DNA from: Candidatus Latescibacterota bacterium
GTDB taxonomy: Bacteria; Latescibacterota; UBA2968; UBA8231
Direction of reading: 5' to 3'
Assembly: GCA_965205655.1 (NCBI GenBank)
Contig: CBDBIJ010000143.1
Coordinates: 1 to 53,545 of the forward strand
DNA length: 53,545 nucleotides
Notes under the pieces: model-generated
What the model saw: only the letters and a program-made list of their open reading frames with translations
The model's database searches: none
What the model was told of the DNA's origin: nothing
Translations under genes and position numbers: made by a program
In this document: positions 39,480 to 49,240 of the stretch, in pieces
How the letters are laid out: each line of letters opens with the position of its first letter
Position numbering within the stretch: position 1 is the stretch's first letter

Positions 39480-42446
39480 TCAGAAGGAAACGCCCAGCTG
39501 AGCGTAGGCCAGCCGGCCGACTTCCGGCGCGCCCACGAAGGCGCGAAACTCGTCGTTCAGGACGTTGTCCACGTTGACGATGAGGGAGAGGTTCTCGCCA
39601 TACGGCAGGTCGTAAGCGGCGCTCAGATCGACTACCGTGTAGGACTTCACCTTCCCTTCATACACGCCGGACTTCATCGGGAATGAGCCGTTGTGCCTCA
39701 ACCTCGCCCCGAGGCGCAAATTCTGCGCCGGCATGCGATACTGGCCACCGACGCGAAACTTGTGCTTGGGTGCGTTGAGGGCGACATCGGCGATCCCCCC
39801 GAGATTGGCGAAGAAATCGTCGTCAACGAAGGAATAGGAACCCGTGACATTCCAGATGTCGTTCGGGTAGTACCCCGCACTCAGGTCGACACCGTAGAGC
39901 GTCACGTCGCCGAAGTTCCGGTAGGTGAGAATCACGGCGTGGGGATCGTAGGCCTGCACGGGTGAGATGGTTCCGAGGGGAATGAATGCCGCACCCGGCT
40001 TCGCCTCGCCCCCGAGCTCTGCACCCTGAACGAACAGCGCTGTCAGCTCCGGAACAGGGTCGCCATCCCCGTCGCCGCCGAGTCCGAGCGCCGGATTGTC
40101 CACCGCCCCCAGAATCGGCACCACCTCTGCATAGGCCTCGTCGGCGAAGGCTTCGCGCAGGCCCGCCTCCAGACCCACCGTCAGTGAAACCGGATCGAGA
40201 AAGACGTTCGGGGTCTCCACCGCGAGCGGACCCACGAAGTCCTCCGTCTCGGTGCGGTAGAAATCGGCGGCCACGACAATGTTGCCACCGACGATTCCTT
40301 TGTATCCGACCTCGATCGTTTGAGTGATCGTCGGTTCGGTGAGCCTCACGTCGACGACGTCGGTCAGAGGATCGGCGGGGTCGAATGGGAATGGATAGGT
40401 CGCCCGGTCTGCAGCTTTGGCCTGGTTGAGACTGAGGGTTCGCGTGGCGAGGTCGGGGATTGCGGTCGGGACCATTTTGTCGAATTGCGCCAGCGCGTCA
40501 GCGGCCTGCTCATCGCTGAGTTGCAGTAGCGGTGCTGCGGCCATGAAGGCATCCGTGAATCCGGCCAGCACGGCCCCGCGGCCGACGTTCCACAGCACTC
40601 CGGTGGCAATCGGGTCATCGAGCCTGATGTAGCCGTCGTTGCCGATGGAGTACCCGGGGGTGCCCGGATCGATTTCCAAGGCCGCGAGCTGACCCGCGAT
40701 GAGGGACGAGAATGGCGTGCGGTAGAGGGGGTTACCGTCCTCTCCCCTTCTGAATGTCAACCCGGTATCGTCCTTGCGATACGTCCCCTGAGCCATGACA
40801 TCGATTGTCGGAGCGAACCCTAGTGTTGGCTGAAATCCGCTCCCCAACCCGAATGGATCTCGACTCGCAACTCTGTCGAGGTACAGGTTGTTCGTGGTGG
40901 GCGTGCTGAAGGCGCGGTTGTAAGTCAGCCTCACAGTTTGGCTTTGGCTGGGTTTGTAGAGCAGGGCGGCCCGCGGTGACAGGACGGAATTCTTGACCCG
41001 GTTGTGATCGTCGTACCGCAGTGCGAGAACGAGATCGAGTTGCTCTGTCAGGTCCGTCTCGCTCTGAACGTAGACGCCGAATTCGTTGACGTCGTCGTCG
41101 TTTTCGTTCTGGCCGGTTATGGTGCCCTCTGTTTTGGGTCGCGTCAGCAGGACGTCGACCCCGTAAGTCAGACGCTCTTTCCGGCCGAGCTCAGTGGCGT
41201 GCTGGACCTGGAACACATCGAGGCTCGACTTGTCCACGATCTTGTCACCGGTGGCCAGCAAAAAGGTGTCGCCCGCATCGCTCCAGTTGTGGAAATACTG
41301 GGCGAAGAGGTCGGCGTAGATGAACCGCGCCTGCACGTAGTTGTAGTTCCAGTCGATCACCTGGCCGGCGCCCAGGCCGGTCAGCTCGATGTGGTCTCCC
41401 TTGTTGTAACCGTACGAGAGGATGGCAGTCATATCCTCTGCCGGCCGGTAGTCGAGCCTCGCCTCGACGCTCTGCCGCTCCAGATCGAAGTCTCGCGGCT
41501 TCAGAATCCGCATAGCCGGGTCTTCCACTTCGGCCGCTTCCTTTGCGCGCGCGGCTTCCTCCACCGGATCATTGAACTTCCAGTCCGTGCCCACGTAGTA
41601 CTGGGCGGATACCTTGTACCCCAAATGTGAGTTGATGGCTCCGGCGTGGCGGACCGAGCCCTTGCGCAGGCTCCGCTCGCCGAAACCGATGCTCACATCG
41701 GTGCCCCCCGAGACGAAGGGCGAACGCGTTATCACGTGCATGACCCCGTTGGCGCTGTTCGGCCCGTAGAGCGCCGAGCCGGGTCCGAGGACGACCTCGA
41801 TCCGCTCGATATCGTCGTTCGTGACGGGGATGAAATTATTGGCGTTGAGCCTCAGCGATGGCACCCGCGCGATGCGGTTGTCGGTCAGGGTCAGCAAGGC
41901 GCCCGAGAAGATGTTGTTGAATCCCCTGACGACGACGTTGCTCGTCACCAGACCGGTCTGGGCGAAATCGACACCGGGGAGATCCTTCACATGGTCGGCC
42001 ACGGTCAATACCGGGTTGTCCCGGATCTCCGATGCCTCCACCACCGCCACTGACGCCGGTGCGTCCAACGCCTTCGCCTGAGTTCGCGAGGCGGAGACGA
42101 CGTTCTGCTCCAGATAGATGACGGTCGATGCGAGGGTGAAATCGAGGCGGTGCGCGCCTCCGGCCTCGATCAGCACCTCTTGGATTGCGGCTCTGTAGCC
42201 GATGTGCGTGACGTGCACCTCGTATGTGCCCGCGGGAACCGCGGTGACGACGTAACCTCCATCGGAGCCGGTCACCGTCCCCATCGGTGCGTCCAGCGAG
42301 GCGCCGCGGATTGCGACGTTGGCTCCAAACATCGGCTCCCCGGTGATGCCAGTCACCTCGCCGTTCAACGTTCCTGTGCCTTGAGCGTGAGCAGGGTGGA
42401 GCGCTGCGATGAAGCTGATGATGCCAAGAGTGATTCTGAAAGACAT
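39480..42446 (-). CDS. TonB-dependent receptor with N-terminal carboxypeptidase-regulatory-like domain
   Basis: VVSASR, plug DIERIEVVLGPGSALYGPNSANGV, SPRAAL, NVDNVLN, terminal VSF. Confidence 0.95.
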   Translation of the reverse strand: MSFRITLGIISFIAALHPAHAQGTGTLNGEVTGITGEPMFGANVAIRGASLDAPMGTVTGSDGGYVVTAVPAGTYEVHVTHIGYRAAIQEVLIEAGGAHRLDFTLASTVIYLEQNVVSASRTQAKALDAPASVAVVEASEIRDNPVLTVADHVKDLPGVDFAQTGLVTSNVVVRGFNNIFSGALLTLTDNRIARVPSLRLNANNFIPVTNDDIERIEVVLGPGSALYGPNSANGVMHVITRSPFVSGGTDVSIGFGERSLRKGSVRHAGAINSHLGYKVSAQYYVGTDWKFNDPVEEAARAKEAAEVEDPAMRILKPRDFDLERQSVEARLDYRPAEDMTAILSYGYNKGDHIELTGLGAGQVIDWNYNYVQARFIYADLFAQYFHNWSDAGDTFLLATGDKIVDKSSLDVFQVQHATELGRKERLTYGVDVLLTRPKTEGTITGQNENDDDVNEFGVYVQSETDLTEQLDLVLALRYDDHNRVKNSVLSPRAALLYKPSQSQTVRLTYNRAFSTPTTNNLYLDRVASRDPFGLGSGFQPTLGFAPTIDVMAQGTYRKDDTGLTFRRGEDGNPLYRTPFSSLIAGQLAALEIDPGTPGYSIGNDGYIRLDDPIATGVLWNVGRGAVLAGFTDAFMAAAPLLQLSDEQAADALAQFDKMVPTAIPDLATRTLSLNQAKAADRATYPFPFDPADPLTDVVDVRLTEPTITQTIEVGYKGIVGGNIVVAADFYRTETEDFVGPLAVETPNVFLDPVSLTVGLEAGLREAFADEAYAEVVPILGAVDNPALGLGGDGDGDPVPELTALFVQGAELGGEAKPGAAFIPLGTISPVQAYDPHAVILTYRNFGDVTLYGVDLSAGYYPNDIWNVTGSYSFVDDDFFANLGGIADVALNAPKHKFRVGGQYRMPAQNLRLGARLRHNGSFPMKSGVYEGKVKSYTVVDLSAAYDLPYGENLSLIVNVDNVLNDEFRAFVGAPEVGRLAYAQLGVSF

Positions 42447-42693
42447 GTCGTGCCTCCGTTTCTCGGACCCGCTTCACTGAGCGTGACGACGCTCCGCGCT
42501 GGCGCCGAGAGATTTTTGTGGGCGATCGCGCGCCGAAAGTTGCGCCTGTCGAATATCGCGCGTCTAATATAATGAAGGTTCGCAAGACCCAATCGGTTTT
42601 TTCGCTTGAAGCGTTCCCCGAGCGACCGGGTTTGTCCAAAATTAGATATTTTTGCCCAAAAAATGGCGGCTGTGTGACTGGCGCCGCGCCGTC

Positions 42694-42722
42694 TTGCTCT
42701 CCTCAGAGCGGTTGGATATATT
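42694..42722 (+). promoter_or_regulatory. candidate sigma70 promoter for ppdK
   Basis: TTGCTC-17-TATATT. Confidence 0.55.
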
Positions 42723-42866
42723 CGACGTCGCTTCTATCCGTCTTCATCCCGAGTGCGACACGACGATGCTTCTCCCCTGCAAGGGGGTGACGACGGATGG
42801 GATCTCCCGCGCTACATCGAATGCCTTTTCGTTCATGGGGATCCGGCCGCGCGAAGCGGTACGACG

Positions 42867-45503
42867 ATGGCGAAAAAATACGTATACCTGTTCGGCACCC
42901 AGAAAAATGAGGGCGATGCGTCCCAGCGCGAGCTTCTGGGCGGCAAGGGCGCCAATCTTGCGGAGATGGCGCGGCTGGGCTTGCCCGTACCCGCTGGCTT
43001 TACCATCAGTACCGAGGTCAGCTCCTACTACTACCAGCATGACTGCGCGTATCCACCACCGCTGGGAAAGGCGGTCAGTCGCGCCCTTGCGGCAATCGAG
43101 TCAGCCATGGGTAGTCGCTTCGGCGATCGGCGCAACCCTCTGCTTCTCTCCGTGCGCTCGGGTGCGCGAGTCTCGATGCCTGGCATGATGGAGACGGTTC
43201 TCAACCTCGGCCTCAACGACGAAATCGCCGACGGACTCGCCGAGCTCACGCAGGACGAGCGCTTCAGCTACGATGTCTACCGCCGCTTCGTGCAGATGTA
43301 CGGCGACGTCGTCATGGGACTGCGACCTGAAGGCAGGGAAATAGATCCGTTCGAGGCGCTACTGGAAAGCAAGAAACAGACTCGCGGCGTCGAGCTCGAT
43401 AGCGAGCTGACTGCCGGCGATTTGCGCGAGCTGGTGAAGGAGTTCAAGACCCTCATCAAGCGGCGTTTGCGGCGCGGATTCCCAGAGGATCCGGAGGAGC
43501 AGCTGTGGGGCGCAATCGGGGCAGTTTTCGGTTCCTGGCAAGGCCAGCGCGCCATCCGCTACCGCGAGCTCGAAAGCATTCCCCACGACTGGGGGACGGC
43601 GGTCAACGTACAATCGATGGTCTATGGAAACATGGGCGATGACTGCGCCACCGGGGTCGCCTTCACGCGCGACCCCTCCACCGGTGCCAGGAGACTCTAC
43701 GGCGAATACCTGGTGAATGCCCAGGGCGAAGACGTCGTGGCGGGGATCCGCACACCGGAACCGATGGCGAAACTCAAGAAGCAGCTGCCCGCCGCCTTCC
43801 GCCAATTCGAGAAAGTCTGCACTGCCCTCGAACGGCATTACAAGGATATGCAAGACCTGGAGTTCACCATCCAGAAGGGCAGGTTGTGGATGCTGCAGAC
43901 TCGCGCCGGCAAACGCACAGCTGCCGCCGCGGTCAAGATCGCCGTCGACATGGTGGGCGAGGGCCTCATCACGCAGAAAGAGGCCCTCAAGCGGGTCAGA
44001 CCCGACGACCTCGACCAGCTCCTGCACCCCACCTTCGACCCCAAGGCCCACAGGGAAGTCATCGGCAAGGGACTGCCGGCATCACCGGGCGCCGCCAGCG
44101 GCAAGGCCGTGTTCACGGCCGATGACGCCGAGGAGGAGGCCGCCGGCGGCGACAAGGTGATTCTGGTGCGGCTCGAGACATCTCCCGAAGACATCGGTGG
44201 GATGCACGCCGCGCAGGGAATTCTCACGGCGCGAGGCGGCATGACGAGCCACGCCGCCGTGGTGGCGCGCGGTATGGGCAAGTGCTGTGTCGCCGGCTGC
44301 GGAGATCTCACAGTCGACTACGCGAAGGACCTCTTCAGAGCGAACGGCCATACGGTAAAGAAGGGCGAATGGATTTCGATTGACGGCTCCTCAGGCGAGG
44401 TGATGGCGGGTCAGGTGCCGACGAAATCGTCGACCTTCTCCCGCGAGTTCTTCCAGCTCATGGGCTGGGCGGACCGGGTGCGCCGACTGAATGTGCGCAC
44501 GAACGCGGATACTCCGCACGATTCGGAGGTAGCGCGCAGATTCGGCGCCGAGGGAATCGGTCTGTGCCGCACGGAGCACATGTTTTTCGAGGGTGACCGC
44601 ATCAAAGCCGTGCGCGAGATGATCCTGGCTGCAGACGAAGCGGGTCGACGCGCAGCTCTCGCCAAGCTGAAGCCGATGCAGCGTCGGGATTTCGAGGGAA
44701 TCTTCAAGGCCATGAACGGCCTGCCGGTCACCATTCGGCTCCTCGATCCGCCGCTTCACGAATTTCTGCCGCAGGAACCGGCTCAGATTCGCGAGATGGC
44801 CACCGAGATGGGGGTCACCCTGCGGCAGGTGCGGCAGAAGATCGACTCCCTGCACGAATTCAATCCCATGCTCGGCCACCGGGGTTGCCGTCTGGGCATT
44901 ACCTATCCGGAAATCTACGAGATGCAGGTGGAGGCGATCATCGAGGCGGCGGTGAATGTCCGCAAGCGGCGCATTGCGGCCGTCCCGGAAATCATGATCC
45001 CGCTCGTGGGCACAGTGCGGGAACTCGCCGACCTCAGGCAGATGGTCGATCGAGTCGCAGCCGAGACTCTGAAGCGCCGCAAGGCGAAGATCGGTTACCT
45101 CGTGGGCACGATGATCGAGATTCCGCGAGCCGCCATCGTCGCCGACCGCATCGCCGAGCAGGCGGACTTCTTCAGCTTCGGAACGAACGATCTCACCCAG
45201 CTTACCTTCGGCTACAGCCGGGACGACGCCGGCAAGTTTCTACCCGAGTACGTCGAGAAAGGGATACTCGCCGCCGACCCGTTTCAAACCCTCGATCAGG
45301 AGGGTACCGGACAGCTCGTGCGACTTGGCACCGAGCGGGGGCGCGCGGCGCGCAAGAGCTTGAAAGTCGGCATATGTGGCGAACACGGCGGCGATCCCGC
45401 CTCCGTCGCTTTCTGCCACGACATCGGTCTCGACTATGTCTCCTGCTCGCCCTACCGGGTTCCGATCGCGCGGCTGGCCGCCGCCCAGGCCGCCCTCTCA
45501 TGA
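42867..45503 (+). CDS. ppdK: pyruvate, phosphate dikinase
   Basis: LLGGKGANLAEM, SVRSGARVSMPGMM, GGMTSHAAVVARG, EFNPMLGHRGCRLG, SFGTNDLTQ, GICGEHGG. Confidence 0.98.
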   Translation: MAKKYVYLFGTQKNEGDASQRELLGGKGANLAEMARLGLPVPAGFTISTEVSSYYYQHDCAYPPPLGKAVSRALAAIESAMGSRFGDRRNPLLLSVRSGARVSMPGMMETVLNLGLNDEIADGLAELTQDERFSYDVYRRFVQMYGDVVMGLRPEGREIDPFEALLESKKQTRGVELDSELTAGDLRELVKEFKTLIKRRLRRGFPEDPEEQLWGAIGAVFGSWQGQRAIRYRELESIPHDWGTAVNVQSMVYGNMGDDCATGVAFTRDPSTGARRLYGEYLVNAQGEDVVAGIRTPEPMAKLKKQLPAAFRQFEKVCTALERHYKDMQDLEFTIQKGRLWMLQTRAGKRTAAAAVKIAVDMVGEGLITQKEALKRVRPDDLDQLLHPTFDPKAHREVIGKGLPASPGAASGKAVFTADDAEEEAAGGDKVILVRLETSPEDIGGMHAAQGILTARGGMTSHAAVVARGMGKCCVAGCGDLTVDYAKDLFRANGHTVKKGEWISIDGSSGEVMAGQVPTKSSTFSREFFQLMGWADRVRRLNVRTNADTPHDSEVARRFGAEGIGLCRTEHMFFEGDRIKAVREMILAADEAGRRAALAKLKPMQRRDFEGIFKAMNGLPVTIRLLDPPLHEFLPQEPAQIREMATEMGVTLRQVRQKIDSLHEFNPMLGHRGCRLGITYPEIYEMQVEAIIEAAVNVRKRRIAAVPEIMIPLVGTVRELADLRQMVDRVAAETLKRRKAKIGYLVGTMIEIPRAAIVADRIAEQADFFSFGTNDLTQLTFGYSRDDAGKFLPEYVEKGILAADPFQTLDQEGTGQLVRLGTERGRAARKSLKVGICGEHGGDPASVAFCHDIGLDYVSCSPYRVPIARLAAAQAALS

Positions 45504-46333
45504 CGATGACCGCTCCTGCGCCGGAGCCGGCCGCCGTGCCCTCTTCCAAGTCGGGGTCGGACCGGAAAAAAAGACATATTATCGCCGTGGCCAACCAGAA
45601 GGGCGGCGTCGGCAAGACCACGACGGCTGTCAACCTGGCCGCATGTCTCGCGGTAGCGGAAGAGCCGACCCTGCTCATCGACATGGACCCTCAGGCCAAT
45701 GCCACCAGCGGCTGCGGCGTCGATGCCCGCGACGTGGAGGAAGGCAACATCTACCACACGCTGTTGGACCGCAAAGCGGTCGGCGAGATCCTGCGCCCGA
45801 CGGAGATTCCCTTCCTTTCCCTCGTTCCGTCTCACATCAATCTCACGGGCGCCGAGGTCGAGATGGTCAACATGATCGCTCGCGAGCAGAAACTACACAA
45901 TGTGGTGGCGGACATCGCCGATGACTACACCTACATCATCGTCGATTGCCCGCCCTCCCTCGGGCTGCTGACGCTCAATTCCCTGACCGCAGCCGATTCG
46001 GTCCTCATTCCGATTCAGTGCGAGTACTACGCTCTCGAGGGCCTCGGCAAGCTCCTCAACACCGTCCGTCTCATTCAGCGCCATCTCAACAAGAAGCTGC
46101 AGATCGCCGGTGTTCTTCTCACTATGTTCGACGCCCGTCTCAACCTGTCGCGCCAGGTAGCCGACGAAGTCCGCTCCTATTTCGGTGACAAAGTCTACAA
46201 GACGGCCATCAGCAGGAATGTTCGTCTCGCCGAGGCACCCGGTCACGGCCAGCCTATCGTCCTCTACGACATCGTATCTCCCGGCGCGCAGAACTACATG
46301 AGTCTGGCGGGAGAGATTATCCGTCATGGCTAA
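45500..46333 (+). CDS. parA: chromosome partitioning ATPase ParA/Soj
   Basis: NQKGGVGKTTT, DMDPQANAT, DCPPSLG, QCEYYALEG, RNVRLAEAP; start overlaps ppdK stop (ATGA). Confidence 0.96.
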   Translation: MTMTAPAPEPAAVPSSKSGSDRKKRHIIAVANQKGGVGKTTTAVNLAACLAVAEEPTLLIDMDPQANATSGCGVDARDVEEGNIYHTLLDRKAVGEILRPTEIPFLSLVPSHINLTGAEVEMVNMIAREQKLHNVVADIADDYTYIIVDCPPSLGLLTLNSLTAADSVLIPIQCEYYALEGLGKLLNTVRLIQRHLNKKLQIAGVLLTMFDARLNLSRQVADEVRSYFGDKVYKTAISRNVRLAEAPGHGQPIVLYDIVSPGAQNYMSLAGEIIRHG

Positions 46334-47216
46334 GAAGCCCGTACTCGGCAAGGGAATTCACGCCCTCATCGCCGAATTCGGCGACTCCGGTGAGTCGGGC
46401 GAAACGCGGGAGGTCGTCTACCTGCCGGTAGAAGAGATCGAGCCCAACCCACATCAACCCCGATCGGATTTCGACGAGCAGAAGTTGCAGCAGCTCACAG
46501 AATCGATCCGCGACAAAGGTGTGATTCAACCCGTCGCCGTAAATCGCGTCGGCCAGTCCTACCACCTCATTGCCGGCGAGCGCCGGTGGCGGGCGGCGAG
46601 GATGGCCGGGTTCGACACCATCCCCTCCCTCATCCATGAAATCGACTCCGTTCAGGAACTCATCGAGCTTGCGCTCGTCGAAAACATCCAGCGGGACGAC
46701 CTCAACCCGGTCGAGGAAGCGGAGGGCTACCGCAGCCTGGTCGACACATGCCTTCTCACGCAGGAGCAGATCGCCGAAAAGGTGGGCCGTGACCGATCGA
46801 CGATCGCCAACAGTCTGCGCCTGCTCAAACTGCCTGTGGAGATCCAGACCCATCTGCGCCGCGGCCAGCTGCAGATGGGCCACGCTCGCGCCCTCGTGAC
46901 CCTCGACCACGACGACTGCCTGCGACTCGGCCGCCGCGCCATCGAGGAGAAGATGACGGTGCGGGAATTGGAGCGGGCGGTCAGGGAGCGAGCGGCGAGC
47001 GGCGCCGGAAACGCCCGCGATCGCCGCAAAACGAGCGGCGACGGCTCGCGCCGGCGCGCCGATCCCGTCCTCGAATCGTGGAAGGAAAAGTTGCGACATC
47101 GCTTCGGCACCGCCGTCGAAATTCACCGCGCCGCACGCAAGGGGCGCATCGAGATCGAGTTCTACGACGACGATGATCTCGAGCGGATTCTCGAGCTGCT
47201 GCTGACCGAGGAGTGA
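46326..47216 (+). CDS. parB: chromosome partitioning protein ParB/Spo0J
   Basis: LGKGI, PNPHQPR, IAGERRWRA, ALVENIQRDDLNPVEEA, HTH RSTIANSLRLL. Confidence 0.96.
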   Translation: MAKKPVLGKGIHALIAEFGDSGESGETREVVYLPVEEIEPNPHQPRSDFDEQKLQQLTESIRDKGVIQPVAVNRVGQSYHLIAGERRWRAARMAGFDTIPSLIHEIDSVQELIELALVENIQRDDLNPVEEAEGYRSLVDTCLLTQEQIAEKVGRDRSTIANSLRLLKLPVEIQTHLRRGQLQMGHARALVTLDHDDCLRLGRRAIEEKMTVRELERAVRERAASGAGNARDRRKTSGDGSRRRADPVLESWKEKLRHRFGTAVEIHRAARKGRIEIEFYDDDDLERILELLLTEE

Positions 47217-48556
47217 TGCGGTGGATGGGCGGCGTCTGCGGTCGCCTTCTCAGCGCGTGTGTATGCGTTGCCGGCTTCATCCTTCCCGGCTGTAGCCTCT
47301 TTCACCAGGACCTCCCCAACGAGGCACCTGTCCTGCAACTCAGGGAGGCCGATACCACGCGCACCGGCCGCGGCGGACGGATCGAGCTCGAGGTTCGCGC
47401 CTCCGACGACGACGACGACCCGCTGTTTTACACCTGGTCAAGCCTCGGTGTCGGCAGCTTTACAGACTCCACCGCGCCCACCACGGAGTGGATCGCCCCG
47501 GCCGAGATCCTCAGCAACTCCGAGTTCGTCCTCATCCGCGTCACCATCGTCGATCGTCAATGCGATCTCATACCGTCCGCCGAGGACCGGGAAACGTGCC
47601 AGAGCGAGGCCCTGAAAATCGTCGAGAGCTTCCTCATCGAGGTCGTTCAGCGGCCGCCGACTCTCGAGCTGTCGGTGGGCGATACGACGATCTCGTTCGC
47701 ATCAGGCGCTCTCACCATCGACGCCATCGGCTCAGACGAAGATGGAGATCCGCTGACCTTTGAGTGGGAAGTCCTCGAGGGTCGTGAGGTCCTCCTGTCG
47801 ACGCAATTGGTCGGGGCCGGCCACTCCCGCGCCGAGCTTCTACCGCTTTTTCCGGAGGACCACCGACTGAGCGTCGAAACATCGGACGGCAGCGCCACGG
47901 TGAAGCGGGAGGTCGCCCTGATTGTGGACGCTGCCGAGACGCCGGAAGGGGGGATGGTGACCGTCGAGGTGGAGCTTGCCGATGGCACTATCGGCACTTA
48001 TGAGATCGACGCCTATGAGTACCCCAACATGAAGGGTTCCACGCCACTACTGGTAGCCGACTGGTTCGAAGCGGCGCGGCTGTGCGCCGATCAGGGCAAG
48101 CGGTTGTGCCGCTCGGTCGAGTGGAGAAACGCCTGTCAGGGACCGGAGGGATCGATCTATTCATCATCGGAAGATCCCCTCCTCCTCCCTGAGAGCTTTG
48201 GCAGGAGGTTCTGCAACACGGTTGGCTCTGAAGTCGCGGGTGACGAGCCCGAAGGGGATGAACTGGCACCGTCGGGTAGTTTCCCCAACTGCGCCAGTTC
48301 AACCGGCGTCTACGATCTGACGGGAAACGCTCTGGAGTGGCTGGAGAGCAGGGATGTTTTCGGTGATCGCGTGGCTGGACAGGCGCTCAGCAGCGTCGAA
48401 TTCCCGCTCCCGTGCGGAGCGATCGTACATCAAGATACGATTCGTTTCTCGGACGATTTCGATATCTTCAACCAGGCCCAGGTCGACAGTCTGCTCGACC
48501 TGATTCCTTACCAGGGGTACGCTACCGAGGGGTTTGGCTTCCGGTGCTGTCGTTAG
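47213..48556 (+). CDS. lipoprotein with Ig/PKD-like domains and C-terminal formylglycine-generating-enzyme (SUMF1)-like domain
   Basis: Lipobox LPGC; ASDDDDDPLFYTW and SDEDGDPLTFEW; IDAYEYPN, GKRLC...EW..AC, GVYDLTGNALEW, GFRCC. Confidence 0.82.
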   Translation: MMRWMGGVCGRLLSACVCVAGFILPGCSLFHQDLPNEAPVLQLREADTTRTGRGGRIELEVRASDDDDDPLFYTWSSLGVGSFTDSTAPTTEWIAPAEILSNSEFVLIRVTIVDRQCDLIPSAEDRETCQSEALKIVESFLIEVVQRPPTLELSVGDTTISFASGALTIDAIGSDEDGDPLTFEWEVLEGREVLLSTQLVGAGHSRAELLPLFPEDHRLSVETSDGSATVKREVALIVDAAETPEGGMVTVEVELADGTIGTYEIDAYEYPNMKGSTPLLVADWFEAARLCADQGKRLCRSVEWRNACQGPEGSIYSSSEDPLLLPESFGRRFCNTVGSEVAGDEPEGDELAPSGSFPNCASSTGVYDLTGNALEWLESRDVFGDRVAGQALSSVEFPLPCGAIVHQDTIRFSDDFDIFNQAQVDSLLDLIPYQGYATEGFGFRCCR

Positions 48557-48604
48557 TGTGACCGTCGCGGCAGACTCTGGAGCCGATTTGCATACTGCCT
48601 GCGG

Positions 48605-48995
48605 TCACTGTCCACTCGCCAGAGTTTCCCATTCGGCAAGCGCGAATGCCGATCTACTCGGTTCGAATGCCGATTCGTTCGGCTCGTAAGACCTTCCATT
48701 TCCGTTGTTGCAGGCGATCTCTCGCCACTGTCCCAACTCCTCCTCCATGAGAGCCCGTCTGGTGTCTGCCCACCGCCGCTGGTTGAGCACCTGGGAGGCA
48801 AGCCCGGCGCACGATGCCATGTTCCTGCTTGAGGGCGGCCAGTCTGTTTGACAGCCCCGTCACCTCACGTTCACCCGCCTTGAGCATGGCCATCTGCTGA
48901 CCGATTTCGAATGACAGTTCGAATGACAGGATGTACTTGAGGGTTACTGGTACGGCCACGCACAGGGCCGCGATCAGTATCGCTTCGACGCTCAT
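48605..48995 (-). CDS. small membrane-anchored coiled-coil hypothetical protein (frameshift near 48800)
   Basis: GGAGGAG RBS, N-terminal TM helix, heptad-like segment continuing in ORF 48605..48820. Confidence 0.55.
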
Positions 48996-49103
48996 TATAT
49001 GAGTACTCCTCCTCTGGGTAGCCCGTTTGGACACACACGTGCGCTCATCCTTCGTGGAGCAACCGGTATGCCATTCTCAGTACTGTGTGTAAGTTCAGCT
49101 ATA

Positions 49104-49125
49104 TCAATGATGTACACATCATTGA
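49104..49125. promoter_or_regulatory. palindromic operator-like site
   Basis: TCAATGATGT-AC-ACATCATTGA in divergent intergenic region. Confidence 0.55.
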
Positions 49126-49197
49126 CCCATCGGAGATTTAGTTCTGATAGCGCTGTTTTTTCCCCTCGGGGTCGCTCTTTTCCGGCGTGCGGCTCGG

Positions 49198-49226
49198 TTG
49201 AGTGCTTCCGCTCGCTGGCCTATACT
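49198..49226 (+). promoter_or_regulatory. sigma70-type promoter for larB
   Basis: TTGAGT-17-TATACT, 14 bp before ATG. Confidence 0.6.
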
Positions 49227-49240
49227 GAGCCGCAACCGAC

